From the NCBI GenBank assembly GCA_029851085.1, contig CP100318.1, positions 60,001 to 92,000 on the forward strand: 32,000 nt of DNA, read 5' to 3'. Shown here one piece after another: positions 1-8,865 of the stretch. The position numbers were made by a program, and so were the translations under genes. The notes below the pieces were generated by a model, which worked only from the letters and a program-made list of their open reading frames with translations, ran no database searches and was not told where the DNA came from. Origin of the DNA: Candidatus Saccharimonadota bacterium (GTDB taxonomy: Bacteria > Bacteroidota > Bacteroidia > Flavobacteriales > Blattabacteriaceae). The first letter of the stretch is position 1. Each line of letters opens with the position of its first letter.

Positions 1-604
1 CTGATAAAATAAAATGAGATTTATGTTTAGGTTTTTTTCTTAAAGAATTTAAAATTAAAATTTCTAGTCCTTTCAATTTATTAATTGTTTCATTAGGAAT
101 AAAATTAGCATCAGTAATATATGCAATATTATTTATACGATATCCTAATATTGGTAATTTTCCATGCATAATCAGTAATGGCATTATTTCTATGTTAGAA
201 ATAGAAAATGTTATATATGTTTCAATATTGATTAATTGAACATTAAATTTTTTTTCTTCTGAAAAGAAATAAAAAAATCTTTTTTTTAAAATTTCTAATG
301 TTCTAGGTAATCCATATATATAAATTTTTTTTTTATTAATTGGATAAATATCATCTAATCCTGATATATGATCATTATGTTCATGTGTTAGTAATATAGC
401 ATCTATATTATTATTTTTACTACGTAACATTTGATATCTAAAATCAGGACCACAATCTATTAAAATATTTGTATTTTTTTTTTTTATTAAAATAGAACTT
501 CTTAATCTTTTATCTTTAAAATCTGTAGACAAACAAATAGGATTTGTTAATCCTATTACTGGAATACCTTGAGAAGTTCCAGTTCCTAAAAATGTTATTT
601 TCAT
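1..604 (-). CDS. MBL-fold metallo-hydrolase (beta-lactamase superfamily), 3' end runs off the window
   Basis: Not in the ORF track because it is open at the window edge. Own translation from the ATG (reverse complement of 602-604): MKITFLGTGTSQGIPVIGLTNPICLSTDFKDKRLRSSILIKKKNTNILIDCGPDFRYQMLRSKNNNIDAILLTHEHNDHISGLDD... It contains the HxHxDH zinc motif (HEHNDH). Confidence 0.75.
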   Translation of the reverse strand, partial: MKITFLGTGTSQGIPVIGLTNPICLSTDFKDKRLRSSILIKKKNTNILIDCGPDFRYQMLRSKNNNIDAILLTHEHNDHISGLDDIYPINKKKIYIYGLPRTLEILKKRFFYFFSEEKKFNVQLINIETYITFSISNIEIMPLLIMHGKLPILGYRINNIAYITDANFIPNETINKLKGLEILILNSLRKKPKHKSHFILS

Positions 605-696
605 TAATATTTTTTTAATTTGTAATCCTTGACTTTAGGATATCCACACCTAATGCAATATCTAAATAAAATTAGATTTTAAAATGAGTAAATAAT

Positions 697-1047
697 TTAA
701 AATGGTAAATCATCAAAATCAGAAGAATTTTTATTTTTATCAAATTTAAAATTTGATATTTCTTTTTCCGGAAAATTAAATTTTTCAATTTTCCATCCTT
801 GAATAGAATTAAAATATTTTGTAATTCCTTCAGGATTATTCCATTCTCTTCCTTTTATATTGATAAATATTTTTACTTTATCACCTGATTTAAACATATT
901 TAATAAATCAATTTTATCTTGAATAAATTCGATTATAATATTTTGAGGATATTGTTCTTCAGTTTTTATAATTAATTCTCTTTTTTTAAATCCATTATTA
1001 AAAATTTTAACATCAAATATTTTTTTTATAGTTCCTAATATTTCCAT
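697..1047 (-). CDS. DUF3127-like small OB-fold protein with an SSB-type acidic C-terminal tip
   Basis: 116 aa. The core (ELIIKTEEQYPQNIIIEFIQDKIDLL...GDKVKIFINIKGREWNNPEG..YFNSIQGWKIEK) resembles Bacteroidota DUF3127 proteins. The C-terminus ends DFDDLPF, the canonical SSB protein-interaction tip. Confidence 0.6.
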   Translation of the reverse strand: MEILGTIKKIFDVKIFNNGFKKRELIIKTEEQYPQNIIIEFIQDKIDLLNMFKSGDKVKIFINIKGREWNNPEGITKYFNSIQGWKIEKFNFPEKEISNFKFDKNKNSSDFDDLPF

Positions 1048-1088
1048 AATTTTATTTATTATTATAAATAATAATATTATTATTTAAT

Positions 1089-1406
1089 TCACAAAAAACC
1101 TAATTCTAATTTTGCTTCTTCACTCATCATATCTTTATTCCATGGAGGTTCAAAAATAAGATTAATTTTTACATTATTAATATCATTAATATTATTAATT
1201 TTATTTTTAATATCTGTTAAAAATTTGTCAGCTATAGGACAATTTGGTGAAGTTAAGGTCATTGTAATTATTACATTATTATTATTATTTAATTTAATAT
1301 CATATATTAATCCTAATTCATATATATTAATATATAATTCTGGATCATATATTGTTTTTAAAACTGATATAATTTGTTCATATAAATTATAATTGTTTGA
1401 TAACAT
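1089..1406 (-). CDS. SUF-system Fe-S assembly protein (DUF59 / SufT-like)
   Basis: 105 aa. Carries DUF59 hallmarks: TIYDPELYINIYELGLIYDI, TMTLTSPNCPIAD, and the C-terminal EEAKLELGFL. Confidence 0.8.
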   Translation of the reverse strand: MLSNNYNLYEQIISVLKTIYDPELYINIYELGLIYDIKLNNNNNVIITMTLTSPNCPIADKFLTDIKNKINNINDINNVKINLIFEPPWNKDMMSEEAKLELGFL

Positions 1407-1408
1407 AT

Positions 1409-2782
1409 TTATATTTTTTTATTACAAATACCATTTGTATTATACAAATAAATAGGATATCCAAATTTTTTCATTTCTTTAATATTAAAATTATTACCAA
1501 TAATAATTATTCTAAAATAATTTATTAAAAAATATTTTTTAGCTGTTTCTAAAATTTGTTCTTTTGTTATATTTTTTATATTTAAAATATAATTTTTTAA
1601 AAAATTTTTAGGATATTTAATTTCATTTATAATATAATTGATATATTTAATTGGATTTTCAAATTTCATAATAAAATGACCTATTTCTTCTTTTTTATTA
1701 TTTTCTAGTTCTTTATCTGAAATATAATGTGTTGTTATATCATGTAATTCTTTAATTAATAAATTAATTGTATCATTTACATGATGTAAATTTATTTGAG
1801 TTTTTAAACTAAAAATAGTTTTATAATCATTTATTATAATATTTGAAGCAATATAATAAGCATATTTTTTATTTTCACGAATATTTATGAATAAACGTGA
1901 ATTAGGCCCATTACCTAAAATATTATTTACCATTTGAGCAATTAAAAAATCATTATTCATTGTTTCTAATGAAATAGGATTTCCCATATAAATAATTGCT
2001 TTTTTAGCTGTAGGTTCATTTATTAAATCAATTTCTAATTGTGAATGTTGTGGAATAATATAGTTTTTATTAGGTAATAATCCTTTTTTCCAGTATGAAA
2101 AATATTTTTTAACTAAATTTTTAATTTTTTCTATTGAAAAATTTCCTATAAAAGTTAAATATGCAATATTAGGTTTATAATAAGTATTATAAAATGTTTT
2201 AATATCATTAAGTGTAATATTTTGTAAAGATTCTTCTGATATTATTTGTCCATAAGGATGATTTATACCATAAAATAATTTATTTTTAATTTTACTTATA
2301 AGGTAATCAATATCTTTATTTTTTGACTTTAAAAAAATTAAATATTTTTTAATTGAATTATTTAATTCATTAATAGAATTTAAATTAGGATTAATTATAA
2401 TATCACTTAATATTTTTATTGATATTTCAATATTTTTACTTAAAATAGACATTTCTATATTTGAAGATGAAATATTTATATTTGATCCAAAATATTCTAA
2501 AGTATCATATAATTTTTCTTTTGTATAATTTTCACTTCCAGCCATTAACATATTTTTGATTATATGTTTTATACCAATTTTATTTTCTTGTATAGGTTCA
2601 ATATCAAAATATAATCCTATTCTAATTATAGGAAATTTATTATTTTCAATTAAAATAATTTTTAATCCATTATCTAATTTAAAAAAATTATAATTTTTAA
2701 TATTAATTTTAGGTAATGTATTTGATATAGGAACTCTATTTGTTTTACAACATTTAATATCTAATAATTCATTAAAAATCAT
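1409..2782 (-). CDS. M16 (pitrilysin/insulinase) family peptidase, probably the non-catalytic partner subunit
   Basis: 457 aa with M16-like two-domain length and composition. It lacks HxxEH at the expected N-terminal site (GIKHIIKNMLMAG). It lies immediately downstream of a catalytic M16 paralogue. Confidence 0.7.
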   Translation of the reverse strand: MIFNELLDIKCCKTNRVPISNTLPKINIKNYNFFKLDNGLKIILIENNKFPIIRIGLYFDIEPIQENKIGIKHIIKNMLMAGSENYTKEKLYDTLEYFGSNINISSSNIEMSILSKNIEISIKILSDIIINPNLNSINELNNSIKKYLIFLKSKNKDIDYLISKIKNKLFYGINHPYGQIISEESLQNITLNDIKTFYNTYYKPNIAYLTFIGNFSIEKIKNLVKKYFSYWKKGLLPNKNYIIPQHSQLEIDLINEPTAKKAIIYMGNPISLETMNNDFLIAQMVNNILGNGPNSRLFINIRENKKYAYYIASNIIINDYKTIFSLKTQINLHHVNDTINLLIKELHDITTHYISDKELENNKKEEIGHFIMKFENPIKYINYIINEIKYPKNFLKNYILNIKNITKEQILETAKKYFLINYFRIIIIGNNFNIKEMKKFGYPIYLYNTNGICNKKI

Positions 2783-2790
2783 AATATTAT

Positions 2791-4065
2791 TTATTTAGGA
2801 ATAATATATAATCTAATACGTTTATTTTTATTTAAGAAAATATTAGCCATATTTTTTATCTCATCTATAGTAAATGCTTTATATATTGATATAATATCAA
2901 TATTAGATTTTCCAAATAAAAATTTATTTCTTGATAAAGATTTAGCAATATGTAATATATATGAATTTTTTATATAAAAATTTTTTTCATAAAAATTTAT
3001 TTGTTTTTCAATATCTATATTAGATAATTTGTTTTTAAAATTTTCAATTTCTTCATCTATAGATATTATTAATTGATTTAAGCTAATGTTTTTATTAGTT
3101 ATAGCATATATTGTTAGTATAGTATAATTTTCTAATATTTCTAAACTATAATTTATGAAAGATGCAATTTTTTTTTTATGAATTAAATTTTTTTTCAAAA
3201 ATGAACTTTCTCCATTAAATAATAATTTACTAATTAATTTTATTAAAAAAATATTTTTTAATGAATTAAAATTATTTTTTAAATTAAAATATGCATTTGT
3301 TCTATAAGAAAGAATTATAGCAGGTATAGATGCAAATTGATCTTTATATGTATGTACAATTTCTTTTTCAATTGTAGGTTCTTCTTTAAAATTAAAAATA
3401 GGAATATTTCCTTTAGGAATTGATTCAAAATAATATTTAATTAAATTTTTTATTTCTTTTAAATTAAAATCTCCTGTAATTGTTAAAATTGCATTATTAG
3501 GAACATAATATGTTTTATAAAAATGATAAAAATCATAATTATCAAAATTATTAATATCTTCTTCGGACCCAATAATTGAATATTTATATGGATGTTCTTT
3601 AAATAATAAAGTTGGTAATTGTTCTGAACTTATTTTTATATAAGGTGTATTATCATAAAGCATTGATCTTTCTATTTGAATTATTTTTTTTTCTTTATTA
3701 ATATTTTTGCTATCTATTTTAGCATTTTTAATACGTTCATATTCTAACCATAATGCTAATTCTAAATTATTAGAAGTTAATTGTTCATAATAAAATGTTG
3801 TATCTTTACTAGTAAAAGCATTTATATTTCCTCCATTAGAAGTTACATAATTAAAAAATTCTTCATTTTTTATATTTTTAGTTTGAAACATTAAATGTTC
3901 AAGACAATGAGATAATCCTGGACAAGTAGAATTATTTCCTATTTTATATAACATTGAAACAACTATTAAAGGATTTGTGTTATCCTGATATAGGATAACT
4001 TTTAAACCATTATAAAGTTCAAATTCATATGTTTTTATTATTTTATTTGTTATTAAGGAGTACAT
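2791..4065 (-). CDS. M16 family zinc peptidase (catalytic subunit)
   Basis: 424 aa. The inverted zinc-binding motif HxxEH is present (GLSHCLEHLMFQ), followed by NAFTSKDTTFYY, which is typical of M16. Confidence 0.85.
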   Translation of the reverse strand: MYSLITNKIIKTYEFELYNGLKVILYQDNTNPLIVVSMLYKIGNNSTCPGLSHCLEHLMFQTKNIKNEEFFNYVTSNGGNINAFTSKDTTFYYEQLTSNNLELALWLEYERIKNAKIDSKNINKEKKIIQIERSMLYDNTPYIKISSEQLPTLLFKEHPYKYSIIGSEEDINNFDNYDFYHFYKTYYVPNNAILTITGDFNLKEIKNLIKYYFESIPKGNIPIFNFKEEPTIEKEIVHTYKDQFASIPAIILSYRTNAYFNLKNNFNSLKNIFLIKLISKLLFNGESSFLKKNLIHKKKIASFINYSLEILENYTILTIYAITNKNISLNQLIISIDEEIENFKNKLSNIDIEKQINFYEKNFYIKNSYILHIAKSLSRNKFLFGKSNIDIISIYKAFTIDEIKNMANIFLNKNKRIRLYIIPK

Positions 4066-4101
4066 ATTTATTTTGGATTATAAATCCATAAAATTGTGTT
4101 T

Positions 4102-4878
4102 TTATATATTTATAAATCCATAATATATAAATTGGCTAGGACCTTCTAACCAAATTTTTTTATAAATTGAATTAAATTTTTTAAATTTAACATATAATTT
4201 TCCTCCTAAAGTATGTATTAATATTTTATTATTGTTAATTTTTCCTAATTCAAATGCTGCTATAGCTGATGCTACTGCACCAGTTCCACAAGACAAAGTT
4301 TCATTTTCTACTCCTCTTTCATATGTACGAATTTTTAAATAATTTTTTTCTATTATTTCTACAAAATTAACATTTACTCCATTTTTAATATATTGTTTTT
4401 TAAATCTAATTTCTTTTCCCAAAGAATAAACATTAAGTTTATTAACTTTTTTAACAAAAACAATATGATGTGGAGATCCAGTATTTAAAAAAACAGAATA
4501 ATTTGAATTAATTTTTAATGAATTAACATTTTTCATCTTTAATGAAATAGTATTATTAGCATTAATAAATGCTATATGATTTCCATCTGCTGCTCTAAAA
4601 TATGTTTTATTATTAATGATACCTAAATATTTTGAAAATGCTACTGCACATCGTCCTCCATTACCACACATAGTACTTTCTTTTCCATCAGAATTATAAT
4701 ATTTCATATAAAATTTACTTTTTTCATCATTTTTAATTAAAATTAATCCATCAGCACCTATTCCTAATTTTCTATTACATAATTGTTTAATATTATTTAT
4801 TTCAAATTTTAATTTTCTAGCATCAATTAAAATAAAATCATTTCCAGTTCCTTGATATTTAAAGAATTTTAATTTCAT
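4102..4878 (-). CDS. dapF: diaminopimelate epimerase
   Basis: 258 aa. Begins MKLKFFKYQGTGNDFILID. Both catalytic Cys motifs are present (MCGNGGRC and SCGTGAVA). Confidence 0.9.
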   Translation of the reverse strand: MKLKFFKYQGTGNDFILIDARKLKFEINNIKQLCNRKLGIGADGLILIKNDEKSKFYMKYYNSDGKESTMCGNGGRCAVAFSKYLGIINNKTYFRAADGNHIAFINANNTISLKMKNVNSLKINSNYSVFLNTGSPHHIVFVKKVNKLNVYSLGKEIRFKKQYIKNGVNVNFVEIIEKNYLKIRTYERGVENETLSCGTGAVASAIAAFELGKINNNKILIHTLGGKLYVKFKKFNSIYKKIWLEGPSQFIYYGFINI

Positions 4879-4918
4879 TAAAAAAAAAATTAATTTTGTT
4901 AATACATATAAAAATATA

Positions 4919-6391
4919 GTGAAAATTAAAAAAACATTTGTTATAATAATAATATCATTATTATTAACAATAATAATAACTAATTATTATTTTTTTAAAG
5001 ATAAGAAAGATAAGATAAATTATCTTTATGAGAATAATTATTTTTTTAAAGATAAGAAAGATAAGATAAATTATCTTTATGATAATAATAAAATTAATAG
5101 TTCAAAAGCCTTACCTAATTTGACTGTTGCTGCAGAAAAAAGTATTAATACTGTAGTTAATATTAAAAATGTTTACGCAAATAAATATCATAAAGTATTT
5201 GAGCCAAAGATTAATATTGGTTCAGGTGTTATAATATCATCTGATGGTTATATTATAACTAATTATCATGTTATAAAAAATTATGATAAAATTGAAGTTA
5301 CATTAAATAATATTAAAAATAAAGTTTATTTAGCTAAAGTAATAGGAGGAGATCCTAATATTGATATTGCACTTATTAAAATTGAAGAAAATAAATTACC
5401 ATTTATTAAATTTTCTAATATTAAACCTAAAGTAGGTGATTTTGTATTAGCTGTAGGAAATCCTATAGGTTTAAATTCTACAGTAACTTCTGGAATTATT
5501 AGTGCAATAAATAGATCATTAGGAATATTAAATTCTGAAACATTTCCAATTGAATCTTTTATTCAAACAGATGCTGCAATAAATTCAGGAAATAGTGGTG
5601 GTGCATTAGTTAATATTAATGGAGATTTAGTGGGTATTAATACTGCAATATCCTCTAGAACAGGAAGTTACGAAGGATATAGTTTTGCAATTCCATCATA
5701 TTTTGTAAAAAAAATTATTTATGATATAAAAAAATATGGACTTGTGCAAAGAGCTTTTTTAGGTGTATCAATAAATGAAATTAAAGATATTAAAAATATT
5801 AATAATGATAATTATATTGAATATAATTCAGGTCTTATAATTATAGATATTGATGAAAAAGGTGGAGCTAAAAAGGCAGGATTAAAAAAAGGGGATATAA
5901 TTTTTAATATTGATGATAAACCTATATTAAATTTTGCAGATTTATCCTATTTATTAGGAAATAAAATTCCTGGAGATAAAATTAAAATAAAAGTATTACG
6001 TAATAACGTTAATAATGACAAAATAGAAAAAATAGAAAAAATAGTATATGTTGTTTTAACAAATAATGAAGGTAATACTCAAATTAAGAGTATTTATGAG
6101 ATGACTGTATCAGAAATTTTAGGATTAAAAGTAAAAGAATTAAGTTCTTCATTAAAAAATGAATTAGGAATTGATTATGGACTTAAAATTTTTGATTTAA
6201 AAAAAGGAAAATTAACTGCTCTTGGTTTAGAAGTAGGTGATATTATTCTTACAATAAATGATAAAGAAATGCTAAAACCTGATGATATAAATAAAGTAAA
6301 ATATGGATTAATGACTATTAAATGGTTAGATAAATATAATTTTGTTAGAATAGAAGGATTTCTTTTAAAGAAAATAAATTATAGGTTGTGA
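4919..6391 (+). CDS. htrA: Do/HtrA-family periplasmic serine endopeptidase with PDZ domains
   Basis: 490 aa with a GTG start and an N-terminal hydrophobic anchor. Catalytic triad context is present: TNYHV, DIALIKI, GNSGGALVN. The C-terminal half is PDZ-like (GGAKKAGLKKGDIIFNID..). Confidence 0.9.
   Translation: MKIKKTFVIIIISLLLTIIITNYYFFKDKKDKINYLYENNYFFKDKKDKINYLYDNNKINSSKALPNLTVAAEKSINTVVNIKNVYANKYHKVFEPKINIGSGVIISSDGYIITNYHVIKNYDKIEVTLNNIKNKVYLAKVIGGDPNIDIALIKIEENKLPFIKFSNIKPKVGDFVLAVGNPIGLNSTVTSGIISAINRSLGILNSETFPIESFIQTDAAINSGNSGGALVNINGDLVGINTAISSRTGSYEGYSFAIPSYFVKKIIYDIKKYGLVQRAFLGVSINEIKDIKNINNDNYIEYNSGLIIIDIDEKGGAKKAGLKKGDIIFNIDDKPILNFADLSYLLGNKIPGDKIKIKVLRNNVNNDKIEKIEKIVYVVLTNNEGNTQIKSIYEMTVSEILGLKVKELSSSLKNELGIDYGLKIFDLKKGKLTALGLEVGDIILTINDKEMLKPDDINKVKYGLMTIKWLDKYNFVRIEGFLLKKINYRL
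4982..5089 (+). repeat. In-frame tandem duplication, 2 x 51 bp, inside htrA
   Basis: Comparing each position p with p+51 gives only 2 mismatches across 4982-5038 vs 5033-5089. The encoded units are NYYFFKDKKDKINYLYE and NNYFFKDKKDKINYLYD, directly after the N-terminal membrane anchor. Confidence 0.95.
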
Positions 6392-7287
6392 ATAGATTTT
6401 ATCATAAATCTGCGTTTTTAAATGAAATTAAAAATATAATTACAGATATAGAAGGTATTTATGTTGATGCTACTTTTGGAAGTGGTGGACATTCTGCAAT
6501 TATATTAAAAAATATAGGTATTAATGGATTAATTTTAGCTTTTGATAAAGATGAACAAGCTATATATAACAATATAATAAATGATAAAAGATTAAAATTA
6601 CTTCATGAAAATTTTAAATATATAAAAAATGAATTGTTATATAATAATATAAATCATATATCAGGAATTATAGTGGATTTAGGTATTAGTTCATGTCAAT
6701 TAGATAATCCTAAAAGAGGATTTTCTATACGATTTAATAATAAATTAGATATGAGAATGAATTGTAATTCAAATATTACAGCTCAAACAATAATAAATAA
6801 TTACTCTGAACAAAAATTAACAAAAATATTTTATGAATATGGAAATATTATTAATGCTAAAAAAATTTCTAAAAAAATTGTAGAAAAAAGATATTATAAA
6901 AATATAATAACAACATTTGAATTAATTAATTCTATTAAATCAGAAATACCTAAATATAAAACTAATAAATTTTTAGCTAGATTATTTCAATCTCTACGAA
7001 TTGAAGTAAATAATGAAATTGAAACATTAAAATATTTATTAATACAATTATTAGATATTTTAAAAATTGGCGGTAGAATTGGAATTATATCATATCATTC
7101 TGTTGAAGATAAAATAGTTAAGTATTTTTTTAAAAGTGGAACTTTGGATGGAATTTATAAAGAAGATATATATGGAAATAAACAAATACCATTTAAATAT
7201 ATTTTAAATAAAAAACCTACTCAAATAGAAATAAAAAAAAATTCTAGAATACGTAGTGCTCGTATAAGAATAGTAGAAAAACTATAA
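6388..7287 (+). CDS. rsmH: 16S rRNA (cytosine1402-N4)-methyltransferase
   Basis: 299 aa. MraW/RsmH motifs are present: YVDATFGSGGHS, DLGISSCQLD, SYHSVEDKIVK. The GTG start overlaps the htrA TGA stop (GTGA). Confidence 0.9.
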   Translation: MNRFYHKSAFLNEIKNIITDIEGIYVDATFGSGGHSAIILKNIGINGLILAFDKDEQAIYNNIINDKRLKLLHENFKYIKNELLYNNINHISGIIVDLGISSCQLDNPKRGFSIRFNNKLDMRMNCNSNITAQTIINNYSEQKLTKIFYEYGNIINAKKISKKIVEKRYYKNIITTFELINSIKSEIPKYKTNKFLARLFQSLRIEVNNEIETLKYLLIQLLDILKIGGRIGIISYHSVEDKIVKYFFKSGTLDGIYKEDIYGNKQIPFKYILNKKPTQIEIKKNSRIRSARIRIVEKL

Positions 7288-7315
7288 AAAATATTTACTA
7301 TATTTATATAATAAA

Positions 7316-7389
7316 TCCTCAGTAGCTCAGTTGGTTAGAGCACCTGACTGTTAATCAGGATGTCGCTGGTTCAAATCCAGCCTGAGGAG
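7316..7389 (+). tRNA. tRNA-Asn (anticodon GTT)
   Basis: Hand-folded cloverleaf. Acceptor stem tcctcag/ctgagga; D arm gctc-agttggtta-gagc; anticodon stem cctga/tcagg with loop ct-GTT-aa; T arm gctgg-ttcaaat-ccagc. Confidence 0.9.
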
Positions 7390-7397
7390 CTTGCTTT

Positions 7398-8865
7398 ATG
7401 CCTAAATTATTAATAGATCTTTTACAAAAAGTTTCAATAAAAGAAATAAAAGGTACAATTACAAAAAAAATTAAAAAATTATGTATTAATCATTTAAATG
7501 TGGTTAATAATTCTATTTTTGCAGCTATACGTGGAAGTAAATTAGATGGTCATAATTTTATTAAAAATGCTATTAAACAAGGAGCTAATACTATAATATG
7601 TGAAATATTACCTAGTATATTATATTATGATATAACTTATATATTAGTAAATAATACTAATGAAGCTTTAGGAATTATTAGTTCAAATTTTTATAATAAT
7701 CCTTCAGAAAAAATTAATCTTATAGGTGTTACTGGTACTAATGGTAAAACAACAGTTGTTAGTTTACTTTATGAATTATTTTATAAATTAGGAAAAAAAG
7801 TAGCATTATTATCTACAATAGATATAAAAATTAATAATAAGAAATTTATTACTAATAATACTACTCCTGATGTTATTACTATAAATTATATTTTATATTT
7901 AGCTATAAAAAAAGGTTGTACTTATGCATTCATGGAAGTAAGTTCTCATGGAATATTTCAAAAACGTATTTTTGGATTAAATTTTAAATTAGGAATATTT
8001 ACTAATATTACACATGATCATATTGATTATCATAAAAATTTTTATAATTATTTTTTAGTAAAAAAAAATTTTTTTGATTCTTTATCTAAAGAAGCTTTTG
8101 CATTAATTAATGCAGATGATAAATATTCTTCAATTATATTACAAAATAGTAAGGCTAAAAAATATAGTTATGCATTAACAATGCATAATTTTTTTATTGC
8201 TTATAAAGCAAAAATTATTAAAAAAAGTTTTGAAGAAACTCAATTAATATTAAATAATAAATATTTATTAAAAACAAAATTAATTGGCAAATATAATATA
8301 TATAATATATTAGCAATATATGGAACAGCTAATTTGTTATTAAAAAATAAAATAAATAATAATAAACTTATAAAAGTAATAAGCACTTTAAGTCCTATTA
8401 AAGGTCGTTTTGAACAATATTTATATAATAATATTCGTATTATTATTGATTATGCACATACTCCACATGCTATTTCTAATGTATTAGGAACAATTCAAGA
8501 ATTGAAACAAAAAAAATAGTAAATTAATTTGTATTTTGGGATGTGGAGGTAATAGAGATAAAATAAAACGACCTATAATGGCACATATTGCATATAAAAA
8601 GTCAGATTTAGTTATTTTAACATCAGACAATCCTAGAGAAGAAAATCCATATAACATTATTAATGATATGAAAAATTTTAAATTTAAAAAAAATAAATTA
8701 TTGAGTATAATAGATAGAAAAAAAGCAATTGAAAATGCTATTTTTTTATCAAAAAATGGAGATATTATTTTAATAACAGGTAAAGGACATGAAAGATATC
8801 AAGAAATAAATGGTAAACGTTATTATTTTAACGAAAAGCAATTAATTAAACAATTATTTAAATAA
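7398..8865 (+). pseudogene. murE: UDP-N-acetylmuramoyl-L-alanyl-D-glutamate--2,6-diaminopimelate ligase, interrupted by one frameshift in an A8 run
   Basis: ORFs 7398..8519 (GVTGTNGKTT, DYAHTP) and 8536..8865 (GCGGNRD, TGKGHE) together make a full-length Mur ligase of about 484 aa. The upstream frame hits TAG at 8517-8519 right after the A run at 8509-8516. The +1 frame is open through the run and reads KKNSKLICILGCGGNRD. Confidence 0.85.

Noticed and set aside
621-660. Slightly GC-richer intergenic patch (tgtaatccttgactttaggatatccacacctaatgc) as a possible small RNA
   Set aside because: I found no convincing stem-loop or conserved RNA motif by eye. It is too short and unstructured to call.
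6017-6046. Short 12-bp reiteration (aaaatagaaaaa; DKIEKIEKI) in htrA
   Set aside because: It has only about 2.5 copies of a low-complexity A-rich unit, which is within background for this composition.
8536-8865. 109-aa ORF as an independent small gene with a TTG start
   Set aside because: It is the C-terminal domain of MurE (GCGGNRD..TGKGHE). It is contiguous with the upstream part once the A8 frameshift is taken into account.
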